The position numbers were made by a program, and so were the translations under genes. A stretch of DNA of 64,000 nt from Nageia nagi (lineage: Eukaryota; Plantae; Pinophyta), in NCBI GenBank assembly GCA_050084985.1, contig JBITNC010000002.1, forward strand, positions 3,038,001 to 3,102,000, given 5' to 3'. The notes under the pieces were generated by a model. That model was given only the letters and a program-made list of their open reading frames with translations. It had not been told where the DNA came from and did not search any database. Numbering within the stretch: position 1 is the stretch's first letter; every line of letters begins with the position of its first letter. Shown piece after piece: positions 40,285-52,935 of this stretch.

Positions 40285-42092
40285 TAACCCCCACGTTGGC
40301 ATTGTTGACTTGTTGACCCCAACATTGGATTAGACTTGGTTTGGGATGTTAATGAGGCATGATGGATGTACATGAGAGGATATATATTGAGGATGGAGCA
40401 CAATGATGAGGACCAATTATTATACACTTTCTATATGATCCAAAATTTGGATCCCTTCAACATTCAGTAATCTCCATTTCAGTGTGTTTATTGTGATCGC
40501 CTTGTCTTCAGCTTTACGACGTTTCTTTCGGATCGTGAATCCGAGTCCATATGTGGAAGATATGATATTAATTTCGTTTGGGTATTTTGAGAAAAAATTA
40601 AAAGGATTAAAATATATATATATGTTTTGGCGGCCATTGTAGAGGGGACCCGCCGGACCACGTAGGAGGAGGTGAGGTGTGCGTGGAAGGTTGACCACGT
40701 GGAGGTGACAAGGCCTGCGTGGAGATCACCAGCCTTAGTCGTCCGCCTGCCAGCCAAGCCGCCCACTAGACCGCCAGCCGTTAGTCAACAAGAGGTTGAC
40801 TTCCTCTAAGCACGCGCCACATGTCGACACCACAATGCACCCACCCAAGTTTAGTATTTTTGGTGTTTTCAAAGGTTTTGGTGATTTTATCTCGCCTAAG
40901 GTCCTATTATTAGGCTGATTTAATTCTGTAAGCCTGAAACAATCCAATGAGCGTATTATTTTGATTTAAGAGCTCATTTTGGGGAAATTTCTACAACCAT
41001 TTGAGCCCAAATTTGACATGAAGATCAAGGAGGATAATGGGTATTTGAAAATAGGTTTTGTATTAAATTTTCTAGTTGTAATACTTTCCAATTTTAGCCC
41101 CCAAAATTGTATAAAAAGGGGAGCAAATTGGAGGAAGGGAGAAGGAGGATTTCAGGAAAGTTGTTTTCAGTTCTTGTTGTGATTTTCAGAGCTGTGAGTG
41201 TGTTGTGAATGTGAGGAGGTTTTGAAGGACCGTGGAGGCCTTGTAAAGTGATTCTATCCACTGATAGTAGAGAGCTTTTGAGCTGGACGTAGCCCACACC
41301 GGGTGAACCAGGATAATTTTGCTTGTCTCCTTCTATGGTGAATGCTTTTCTCTTCTCTGTGTTTACAAATTTGTTCTTGATTTTCCTTTACAAGCACTTA
41401 ATTGTTTTAAGTGTGAATTGATCCTAAAAAAAGGTTAAATTGAAATTTTAATCTTATAGTTTATGGATCACTATACCAGACCTAATCGGGCATTCAAGTT
41501 TTGGTGGTGCGGAGCAATATTCCTAGATGGCGTCTAGAGGAGTGACAGGGTTGAGAGCCTGACATTCTACAGCTTAGGTGGGTCACCTAGCCCATCTGGT
41601 GGTATTCTGAGGGTGAGCTTCTACTTTCATTGGTCGCCAAGGTTCGAGGAGACTCCTTCGTAGGAAAGGATTCAAATACTGAGGGAGTTAGTCTTTCCCA
41701 TTGCATGTTCGACTTGTGGAGAGTTTGGAACCCTAGATCTAAGTGCTGTAATCTCCATTGTACTCCATTACCATATCATAATAAAATATATATCATTGTG
41801 CCTCTCATCATTGTGTTGTTCCATTCTAAGCATGCGTTGTGATATACTGGTGTTGGAAGCTTGTTTTGGATTCATATTATTGTGTGTACCCATCGATGGT
41901 ATTGTTGTGTTGTGCATTGTTGCTGCAAGGTATCTGTGGGGTTTGCAGAGTGCTAGAGAAGCCCTAGGGGCTGATGTCAGCATTGTGAGATCCTTGTTTG
42001 ATGTGGTGCAAAGCCTAGAAGGCCTAAGAGGTCCACATGGGAGTGCCCTAGGGTTGAGTTGTTTTTGCTAAGGGTGATTTTAGAACATTACA
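40285..42092 (+). mobile_element. 5'-truncated family-A-like LTR, split by a solo LTR
   Basis: Collinear with 51310-52119; ends CATTACA at 42092. Confidence 0.8.
40436..41470 (+). mobile_element. Solo LTR, 1035 bp
   Basis: TGATCCAAAA...TTATGGATCA termini; perfect TSD CTATA; GC-rich U3, TATAAAA near 41110, GGACGTAGCCC...GGGTGAACC motif. Confidence 0.9.
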
Positions 42093-44980
42093 AAGATCAA
42101 GTGGAGTAAGGTGTTGAGTGACAGCATCATGGACTAGTTTTCATCAATAGGGACCACACACAAATTTTACCTCAACTCTTATTTGGTGTACCTGCTGCTT
42201 CACAACAAGCAAAGGCCTACAACTTTAGGGGAGGCAAATGTGATTGAGAAAGGAATATATGCCATATGGAAGTGCTACCCTAAGTGGAAGATCGAGAGGA
42301 GATGGGAGAACTTCACGATGAAGAGTGATGGAAGGGAATATGAGATCTACAAGGAGCTTAAGGGAGAAATCACTGTTGCTAGGATCTCCAACTCAGCCCA
42401 GAATGCGTTGAGGAAGCATGGAGACTTCTTCATCCATCACCAACACTACTCCTACATTTGCCTCTATGGATAAGTTGTGGAGCCATATCAACTGCCTCAG
42501 TACGTGAGCAATAAGATGCTCCTGATGGAGATGATGAGGCAGTTGACCTACCTGCATGAGCACATTTGGAAAAAGAAAGCCACTTCCAATTTGCCGATCA
42601 TAGTGGGAGAGTATCAGTGCAGAGCTTGGGCAGACGTGAATTCCATAATAGAGGAGTTGGGAAAGTACAACTTTCAAAAAATGCCGCCTGTCAGCCATTA
42701 TGACCTTGAGATCCGGATCCATGACTTCTACATGAAAGGAAGAGAGCCTATGAACATAGGCCACTTAGAGAAGAATCGCTTCTAAATGTCAGCATTGAAG
42801 TGGAAGTGAAGAAGATTCATGCCAAGATGCAAGAAGAGGCTTAGAAGCAACAACGGGAAGTAGAGGCATCAATTGATAAGAAGTTATCTCAATCTTGGGG
42901 AAGGAAGCCACAAGAATCTACCTCTAGGGTCACCTAGTTTCCACCAATGATTGAGGAACCCGTTGGACAGTATGCATCCATGCATGGAAAGAATCCTGTT
43001 GAGAAGGTAGTGCAGTAGATCAGAAATACAATCGATGAACATGAGTGACGGAATTAGAGCGTGTGGCGACTAATAGGGTGGTGAGATGTGTGAGGAACAG
43101 AAAAGTAGATTCATTGTCAACCCAAAGGCCACCAAGAATAGTGGTGTCACGTCTATCTCAGACCATTCCACCATTAGGGTTAGAGTCCTTGGGCCGTTTG
43201 TACGAAGCTGACAACACCCCTGAGAAAGAACAAGTAGAAGATCAGGAAGAAGATGATCATCAGAGCATGCTTGTAGATGGGAATACGAGAGCATACCTGA
43301 AGATGAGTCTAACGAAGAGCCAGAGAACGAGCATGTAGCTAGTACTGTTCCCGGGGGAGATATTCAGGATGCACAGGGTGAAGAAGAGCCATCATTGGAG
43401 ATATTGAAGGAGGTCCATATCCATACCATCTCAGAACCTTCAACATCTCGAAGGAAAGACAAAGACCAAGGAGAACTCAATTGAAGAGGGGATCTCAGTC
43501 TAGATTATCAGGCACACCAGGGAAAGGTGCAGGACAAGAAGAGAGGACTTTGAAAAGAATAAAAGAGAATGCCATCACCGTTGTTGAAGCAATTGTTGAA
43601 ACCCATTAGTGGATGAGTGCCTCAATGTCTTCAACATGGATGTCGGAGAGGAATTCATGCCTAGAGGATTAGAAGATCAGATCGGGGAGAGTTCCACTCA
43701 TTTGGGGAGGAGTTAGACTTACGTGCACATGACAGATAATGCAGTATGCATTAAGACTATAGTAGCTGACAAGGACAACCCTCAGGGCCTCGAAGACTTG
43801 AGGCAAATAAATCAGATCATCAACACAGGCCCCATTGGCGTGACTAGTAGAAAACATGCAATCATCTCGAACATGGAGGCAATCGCCAAGGACGTGTTGC
43901 TAAAGGAGAAATAGATAAAGAGTTTAAAGAAAGAGTTGGCAGCCAAGAGAAGATTGACTTGTGAGCTTGAGTTAGCCAAGGTGCCTACAGAAGAGCTTCG
44001 GAAGGTGAAACCCCTTAGAGAAGGCATGATGGTAGTGAAACAGGAGGTGATAGATGAGGTCTTAGCGGTGTTGAGACAATTCATTGAATCCCTTCACAAA
44101 ATTTCATTTGAGGAAGACCAGTTGAAATACATTGTCATCGAGAGGGTCAGGTTGCACAAGATTTTGGAATCCCAGAAACCGATGATACTGAGATTTGAGG
44201 CGACACAGGCTCAAAGGCAAGAAGATACTAAATTTTGTGAGGATTACTAGTTCTATTAGGGCATAAACAATCAATTACTCATCCGCTTCTAGGAGATAAA
44301 GAAGGAAGTGATCACAATCAACGAAAAGGCCCAATCATGTATGGAGCATATGGACTTTCAGGTACAGTTTTTGGAAGAGAACAACTCTATTTGTGAGGCC
44401 GATGAGGTAATGACAGAGGTGAGACACCTTCATAGCCTGATGATGATAGAGGATGTGAACTCCTACCAGTCTGGGAGTCATCTGAGGCATATGTTGCGGG
44501 CCCATGCGTGGAAGGATTAGATGAAGAAACTGGTGGATGAGGTCGAGGATAGCGTGGCTGTTAGTAGACCAAAGTTCTCGGAGATGTTGCGCGGAGTTTA
44601 GCTTACGACGAGATTCTTAGCAAAGGGATTCGAGGTTCGAGTTGTGGGCTTGGACCCACCATTGGCTTAGCTATTGTTTTGGATTAGATTAGTTTATTTT
44701 CATAAAATGTTTTTATTTTCCATCTAGACCTTTTTAATATTATTTAATTCCCAAACTTGTGAAGGATGAGGATTTGCTCCCATGAGTTTGGAAGAAACTT
44801 TGTAACGCCATGTGGTGCATTTTCATTGAACCTCACTTTATTTCTTGATACTTGTGATTAGAGTTAGGGCAACACTGTTGGTTTCTCCTAAAACTATTTA
44901 TAACCCATTTTGATTCATTTGTAAAGGGGGATTGACATTTTGACAACTTAATAGAAACTTTGCTATTGTGATTATATACT
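42093..44980 (+). mobile_element. Family B retroelement copy 1: decayed accessory ORF, PPT and first 48 bp of the 3' LTR (from 44933)
   Basis: ORF fragments homologous to those at 45960-48945 (-); AAAGGGGGAT then TGACATTTTGAC. Confidence 0.8.
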
Positions 44981-47900
44981 TGGGTTCTAACAAAGTCATT
45001 TTTGAAATGCTAAAAAGGGAAATTGGGGTGCAAAAACCGCGAAAAAAAGGTGTAAAATAAAAGAAAAGTAAAAAGAGGAAAGGTAGTGGAGAGACTGTGG
45101 GAATAGGATGCAATAGTGGGCATATGAGATCACGGGCTTGGTAAGGACTCTCGGAAGTCGGTTGCCTTGAGTTCAATGTAGGTTCCAAGCACCCACTATC
45201 CGATCCACCAGCCATCAACATGAATAACCGAATGGATGGAGTGTGAAGCTAAGGCAATGAGATAGGGTGAGACCAGGGTAGAACTGAACGACTTGGGTGA
45301 AGTTCTTGCAGCGAACAACATCAGTGAAGCATCCAAAGATTACCAAATCTATATTGTAAATAGTGAAATATCATCCATGAGACATCAATCAACTACTTCT
45401 CAAGATATGCAAACAAGCTTTTGCCCACCTCAATGAAGTTTACGAAATGTACCAAGTCAATTGAACTAACATCAAGTAATGATAGAAAGAACACAGAGCA
45501 CTATTTAGCATTCATTCACATTCACTATTCCAACATGAACAAGTATATAATCACAATAGAATCCACATACACCACTTTTAACGCTTAAGAGCAATTTTGG
45601 TCTAGCAAAGTTTCTATTAAGTTGTCAAAATGTCAATCCCCCCCCCTTTCAAATGAATCAGAGTGGGGTATAAATAACGTTAGGAGCAACCAACAGTGTT
45701 TCCCTAACCCTAATTTCAAGTATCAAAAATAAAATACGGTCCAATCAAAATATGCCACATGGCATTACAAGGTTTCTTCCAAACTCGTGGGAGCAAATCC
45801 TCATCCTTCACGAGTTTGGGAATAAAAATAATATTAAAATGTCTAGCTGGAAAATACGAAAATAAATAGACTTAAAATAAAATGACAGCTAAGCCAATGG
45901 TGGGCCCAAGCCCGCAACTCAATCCTTGAATCCTTCAACCACAAATTTCACCATAAGCTCCACTCCATGTAGCATCTCTGAGAGCTTTAGCCTGCTAGCA
46001 GCTATGTTGCCCTCGACTTCATCCGCCAACTTTTGCATCTCAGCCTTCCACGCATTAGCTCACAGCATGTGCCTCAAGTGACTTTCTGACTGGTAGAATT
46101 TCACATCGTCGGTCATCATTAGGCTATGAAGGAGATGTTCGACCTTTGTCACTACCTCATCTTCCTCCTAGATGGTGGTGTTTTCTTCTAGAAATTGTAC
46201 ATGAAAGTCCATCTGTTCAATGCATGAGTGAGCCTTGTCATTGATCCCTATCACTTCCTCACCTTTTGGAAATTGGTGATGATTTGGCTATTCACCCCCA
46301 CATACAACCAGTAGTCTTCGTAAAGTTTGGCAGCTTCGAACCTATTAGCCTACGATGCCTCATACCTCAACACCATGGGTCTTTGATAATCTAAGATCAT
46401 GTGCAACTGAACCCTCTTGATGATGATATACTTCAATTGCTCCTTTGCGAAAGGCTCCTTGTGAAGGGCCCCAATGAATTGCCTCAATGCTATCAAACCT
46501 CATCTATCACCTCTTGTTTTACCACCTTCATGCCTTCTTTAAGGAGTTTCACCTTCTTAAGCTCTTCTATGGGTACTTTGGCGGACTCAAGCTCCCGAGT
46601 GAATTTCCTTTGGGCAGCCAACTCCTTCCTCAAGTTCTTTATTTCCTTTTCTTTCAGTAGCCCGTCCTTAGCGATTGCCTTTGTGTTTGAAATGATTGCA
46701 TGTTTCTTGCTAGTCACACCAATGGGGCCAGTGTTGATGATTTGGTTTATTTTTCTCAAGTCTCCGAGGCCCTGAGGGTTATCCTTGTCACCCACTATGG
46801 TCTTGATGCATGCTGCATTTTCCTTCATGTGCACATAGGTTTGACTCTTCCCCAAATGAGTGGAGCTTTCCCCAATTTGATGGTCTGCTCCTCTAGGTCT
46901 AAACTCTTCCCCCAGTTCATGTTGAAGACATCGAGGCACTCATCCATGTCTACACCTCACTCCGGGTTAGGCGAAGGCTGGTGGGTCTCAACAATTGCTT
47001 CGGTGATGGCATTGGTGTTGCTTTGGATCTTCTTCAAAGGTCTTTCATTCTGTCCTGCAATCTCCCCAGGTGTTGTTGACAATTTGGATTGAGATCCTCT
47101 CTTCAGTTGGGCTCTTCTTGGTATTGATTCCGGAGTAGGGTCTTGGTCTTTCCTCTAAGATGTTGAAGGTTCTGAAGTGGTGTGGTTATGGACTTCCTTC
47201 AAGATCTCCAACGACGGCTCTTACTCACCCTGAGCATCTTGTATGTCTCTTTCAGGAACAGTATTGGTTGCATGCTCATCTCCTGGCCCTTCATCTGACT
47301 CATCTTCCGAAATGCTCTCATACTCCACCTCTTCAAGCATACTCTTCTGATCATCATCTCCCTATCCATCTCCTTGTTCTTCATGAGGGGCATCGTGGTC
47401 TTCATATAAATGGCTTGAGGACTTTGACCCTGATCATGGAATGGTCTGAGACGGATGTGACAGTACTGTCCTCATTGGCCTTTGGGGTTGAGACGGATCC
47501 GATCTCTAGTTTCTCGCACATCTCACTACCTTATTGGTGGCCATGCGCTCCAATTCCCTCACAGCATGTTCATCAACTATCTCCCTTACCTGCTGTGCTA
47601 CCTGCTCAACAGGAACCTTCCCATGCATGGATGCATATTGCCCAATGGGTTCCTCAATCATCAGTGGAAACTGGGTGACCTTGGAGGTAGATTATTGTGG
47701 TTTCCTTCCCCGAGATTGGGACAACTTCTTATGAATTGATGCCTCTACTTCCCGTTGTTGTTTGTGAGCCTCCTATTGCATCTTGGCACAAAGCTTATTC
47801 ACTTCCACCTTAGTGCTGATGTTTCGAAATGGCTCCTCATCTCTAAGTGGCCTATGCTCATAGGCTCTCTTCCTCTCCTTATAGAAGCTGTGGATTCGAT

Positions 47901-49410
47901 GCTCAGGGTCATAGTGGATGGCGATCAACATCATCTCAAATTTGTACCTTCCCAACTCATCTATCATGGAGGCCACGTCTGCCCAAGCTCTACATTGGTA
48001 CTCTCTCACTATGATTGGCATATTGGAAGTGGCTGACTTCTTCTGCCAAATGTGCTCATGCAGGTAGGTCAACTGCCTCATCATCTCCATCAGGAGCATC
48101 CTATTGCTCATGTACCAAGGTAGTTGATATGGGTCCACAATAGTTGATATGGCTCCACAACTGATCCATAGAGGCGAATGTAGGAGTAATGTTGGTGATA
48201 GATGAAAGTCTCCATGTTTCCTCAATGCATCTTAGGCTAAGTTGGAGATTCTGGCAACAATGATCTCTCCTTTAAGCTCCTTGTAGATTTCGTATTCCCA
48301 TCCATCATTCTTCATTGCGAAATTCTCGCATCTCCTCTCAATCTTCCACTTTTGGTAGCACTTCCATACGACATATGTTCCCTTCTTGATCAAATCAGCC
48401 TCCCCTAATGCAATAGGCCTTTGCTTGCCGTGGAGCAACAAGTATAGCAAGTAAAAATTAAGGTAAAATTTGTGTGTGGTTCCCACCGATGATAGTTGGT
48501 CCATGATGCTATCGCTCAACACCTTACAATTGATCTTCTCCCCCCTGCCTATCTCCATGATGAAACCGAAGAACTCTTTTCGGAACTTGGACACATCCTC
48601 CTTCCCGAGAACTTGTGACAACATGAGGATCATTAATTCGATAAAGGGATGGAAGTGGGAGAGAGGGGCATTGATGAGCGCGTTACCCTTAAGGCCATGG
48701 TGCTCATCGAACATCCAACTCTTGATTGTTGCGACTGCTCTATTGGTGTCTCGATAGCATATTAACAATTGCTCCTCTGTATACTCAAAATTGCCTCGAA
48801 GACCACTGAAATGTGGCCTTGATGCCTTCGGAACTGAAGTCCATGATGACATTGCCCTTGATGTCGCGGAGCACCCTTTCACCTTTCCTCCAATGTTGGT
48901 TGACTTCCAAACACAACTCTGGGAACGGAGCTGTGAATGGGACAAAGGCTTAGTTTGAGAGCCCAGACAAGACGATATCTTGTTTCAACTCGCTAAATGG
49001 CTTGTTTCTGATATTCTCTCATCTGCATCGGATCCATCTTCTGCCAGTTTGTCTCTGATAGTGGCTAGCCCGTTCTTGGAGAACTTAGCCCCCTGGGATA
49101 GGGAGTGTCCTCGCTCGCATATAGTGATGATACACCCTTGCCTGATGTACTCCAGATCTCGTGCATAGTCCTTGGCCGATTGCTTTTGGAACTAGCCATA
49201 ACGTTTTAGTGAGTGTCGAGGACCTTTCAAGGTGATGTGATGGCTTTCTTGCAAGTCTATGACCTTCACGCCTCCTTCCTAGCCTCCTTGTTCCCCTGTG
49301 CAAGCCTTCCCAAGCAATTAGGCGAATTTCAAACACAAAATTCTGCAATTTTGGCGCAAATGTAGAAGAGGAGTGCAATTTGAATTTGGGAAAATGAGGT
49401 CCCCAAGTTG

Positions 49411-49420
49411 ATATTTATAG
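49411..49420 (-). promoter_or_regulatory. Putative internal TATA box of the family B accessory ORF
   Basis: CTATAAATAT on minus strand, between the hairpin array and the ORF. Confidence 0.45.
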
Positions 49421-49574
49421 CTGAAATGGGCTTTCTTGAAACCCTAGTCGGTTAGGTTATGGAGCAAAACACATCCTAGCCATCTGGATGGCCGACCTTG
49501 AGATGTGTGCCATCTTTAAACTTTGCTCCTAGCTGACTAGAACCAAACGTGGGAGTTTTAGGATGTCTTCTGGC

Positions 49575-50545
49575 TTGGTGCATGCCCAGAAAAGGCAAGA
49601 TTTTGTCTTTCTAGGGCATGCGCCAACCCCTGGGGTGAATGCATTCCCCACATTGGCCCTCTTCATGCTCCTGCTTGTCCAACTTGACCCTTGAACTCTG
49701 TCCTAAGACCTGATCTCACTTGATGCTCGCTTCTCTGGGGCCCAACTTGCTCATTTCTCCCAAACATCTCAACCCCGGGACCCTTCCAATCCTAGCGCAT
49801 GGTTTCAAAAGACAGGATTGTGTCTTTTTGAAACACCCTCCAACTTCTCCAGCTCCTCCAGCCTGGGCGCATGATCTAGAAAGTCATGATCCTATCTTCC
49901 TGAGGCATGCGCTGGGTTGCAGATGGCTAGATTTACCTTGCGTTGGTCTCCTGCTCCTGAGACTTAGTCAAATTTTCAAGCTTGCTTCGTCTTGGTGCCT
50001 TCCCAAGCTTGGCACATGCTCCCAAAAGTCATGAATCTGTCTTTTTGAGGCATGCGCCAACCCCTCTGGTCATGCTGGAGTGGGATCTGAGCTCTGAGAC
50101 TCCATGCCTTAGCCAGATTTTCACTTCATCTCATCTGGAAGCCTTCTTAGGCCTAGTGCATTCTCCCAAAAGATAGGATTGTCTTTTTGAGGCATGCGCC
50201 AGCCTTCAAGGTGAGTGTACTCCATCTTTTCGGGTTCCAAGTTCTTCCGGTCGGCCCCTTGGCTTGGGTGCATGCTCCCAAAAGATAAAATTTTGTCTTT
50301 TTGAGGCATGTGCCAACCTTGACATGCATTAACTTGTCTTTTCGGGCCTTCGTTTCATCCTGGGCATCTTCCTGGGCCTGGTGCATGCCCCAAAAAGATA
50401 GGACTTTGTCTTTTCATGGCATGCACTAGGTCCAGGAGTGACCCAGTTTGAGTTTCTGTACTTAATTTCAAAACTAGGCGTCCTCTTGGCCCGAGCGCAT
50501 GTCCTAGAAAGATAAGAGTTTGTCTTACTAAAGCATGCACCAAGC
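49575..50545. repeat. Array of ~8 imperfect palindromes GGYGCATG..AAAAGA..TCTTTT..CATGCGCC with variable linkers
   Basis: Units at about 49576, 49793, 49864, 50009, 50153, 50266, 50379, 50492. Confidence 0.85.
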
Positions 50546-51045
50546 CTACAAGTATCCTGGATCTGTCCTGCTTGGTTCGTACTTGACTTGGATTTCCTAG
50601 TTCCACCTAGACTCGACTTACACTTCTCCAGACTTAGTCATTTTTCAAGGGTTTTATTTTTCAGCATGACATGACTGAGGTTGGACGGGTGATAGGCTTG
50701 ATTTCGAATTTATTGGAGGTGAGGAGAGGTCGTTCTAGCTATATGCTTGACAACTCTAAGTTACGAAGGGTCCCCAAAATTGCTACCTTTTGGGGTGAGT
50801 TGTGTAGGGCACAATAGGTGGTAGCTCTAAACATCTCAACCGCCTCTTGGGTTATTCTTGCATAACTCGCGAAGCTAACCTTTGGGGTAACCAGTCCCCA
50901 TAGCGGGAGGAAGTAATGTCCCTTCACTTGAGGTTTTGGCATTTTTCCCACTACTTTCAGGTAGGAAAGAAAAACACCCCAACACCACCTTGTTGGCCAT
51001 TTCTTGAAAAACTCCACTTACCAGTCACTATCATGACCCAAAACT

Positions 51046-52119
51046 CGTGACTTCCCATTTGGACCATTGACAAAATGTGTCATGGTTACTTTGTAATCTA
51101 GTGTTTGTTTATGATTATGTTGTACATGTGTAACTCAAGCACGAGCTTATGGTCTGCGGACCCCACTGTGAGCCCAGTAATGGAATGTCTCCCCTTTTGT
51201 AGTGTTGTGTTAACTTGCAATAGGTTATCCCAGATTGTGGGAATCCCTAGATAGGCATGAGTCTTGTATAGTCCAAAGGTGCATAGAGGAGCATACCAGT
51301 GTTGGGAGGGCTCCACATACCCCACGTTGGCATGGTTGACCTGTTGACCCCAACGTTGGAATAGACTTGGCTTGGGACGATAACGAGGCATGATGGATAG
51401 ACACGTGAGGCTATATATTGAAGATGGAGCTCCATGATGAGACGGTTATTGATTATACTTCTATACTGAACCCGATTGGGCATCCAAGTCTTGGCAATGC
51501 TGAGCATTATTCCTAGAGGGGTGACAGGGTTGGAGCCTAGCACTCTACAACTTAGATGGGTCACTTAGTCCATCCGATGGTATTCCAAGGGTGAGCTTCT
51601 ACATTCAATGGTCGCCAGGGTTCGAGGAGGCTCCTTTGCAGGAGAAGATTCGGAGTCTAAGGGAGTGAGTCTTTCCTGTGGTGTTCGGCTTGCAGAGGGT
51701 TTGGAACCCTATATCTGGATATTGAGATCCTCATTGTATTCCATCCACTATCATAATAAAATACATCTTGTGCCTCTCTCCATTGTGTTGTTCATTGTTG
51801 TGTATGTGTTGTGCCTCTTGTATACTGGTGTTGGAAGCTTTTTCTGGCTCCATATTGTTGTGTGTTCCCATTGTTGGTAATTTTGTGTTGTGTATTGTTG
51901 CTGGAAGGCATCGTGGGGTTTGCAGAGTATTGGGGAAGCCCTAGGGGCTGATGTCAACATTGGGTGGATCTCATATGTTGTGTTATTTGGGAGCCCTAGG
52001 AGGCCCATGTTGGTGCATTTAGGTGTTTGCATGCCCTAGAGGGAAATCGTTAGGTGTTTGGGGGCTGTAGAAGCCCTAGCTTGGTTTGTTTTTGCTGAGG
52101 GTGATTTTAGGTCATCACA
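51046..52119 (+). mobile_element. Solo LTR (family-A-like), 1074 bp
   Basis: (C)GTGACTTCCC...CATCACA; perfect TSD AAACT (51041-51045/52120-52124); shares accccactgtgagcc and gattgtgggaatccc with the 10136/10655 LTRs. Confidence 0.87.
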
Positions 52120-52539
52120 AAACTCCATCTTTTGCAATGTTTCTTGAAACTAGGCCATGAACTGGCCATTGGATATGCTGAACTATCTTCATGACTTTGG
52201 GGGCATTTTCGTGCACTGCTCGATCATCTTGCCACTTTGTATCTTCATCTTGGTCCTAGTCTAGTCATTCTCAGGCAATGCCCTTCATTTCCTTTGCAAA
52301 AATTGGGTCCCCAAAATGTTGCATCTTGAGGTGTGTTGTGCAGGCACAACAGGTCCATGCTCCTACTGTAAATTCTATAGCCAGCTTGTTGAATGTCCAT
52401 ACTTCTACCAACTGAAGGTTTAATTTCCATTCTCCAGTCATTTATTTTTATTTATTCGATATTTTGCTCTTTCAAGTTCCAACTTGCAAGTATAATAATA
52501 ATGCCATTAATTTTTTCTATAAAATCACTTACTCCAGTG

Positions 52540-52780
52540 AAGAGAGTATGCTCTACACTTGTAACGAAAGCTGACCTAGTGTATCAAAATTCTAAATCTG
52601 GTTAATTATTATAAATTTTAATGCCAAAGAGAGTATGCTCTACAATCGCAACAAGAGTTGACCTAGTGTATCAAAAATCTTTAGCATTTAAACACTTTTA
52701 AGTTTAAATTTCTTAAAGGCTATAAAGAGTATGCTCTACACTTGCAAGAAATGTTGATCTGGTGTATCAGAAATCCAAAG
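52540..52780 (+). repeat. Three ~90-bp tandem units
   Basis: agagtatgctctaca...ga.ct.gtgtatca at about 52543, 52631, 52726. Confidence 0.85.
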
Positions 52781-52935
52781 TCCTAAGAAACTTAAAATTT
52801 ATAGTTCAAATTCATTTTAAATGTTATGCTGCCATGGTGAATGCATTGACAACTACTGGTGTGGGGTATAAACCCCCCACTGCACATGATTTGAGGGGGT
52901 AACTTCTGGACAATGTGGTTAAGGATGTGGGTGTC

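Larger units (their letters stand above)
44981..51040 (-). mobile_element. Family B retroelement copy 2: 3' LTR 44981-45635, PPT 45636-45650, decayed ~1000-aa accessory ORF (~45960-49260), TATA and hairpin array upstream; 5' end not found
   Basis: LTR TGACATTTTG...GAACCCA on minus strand; G-rich PPT; ORFs 48232-48945, 47773-48225, 46493-46939. Confidence 0.8.
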
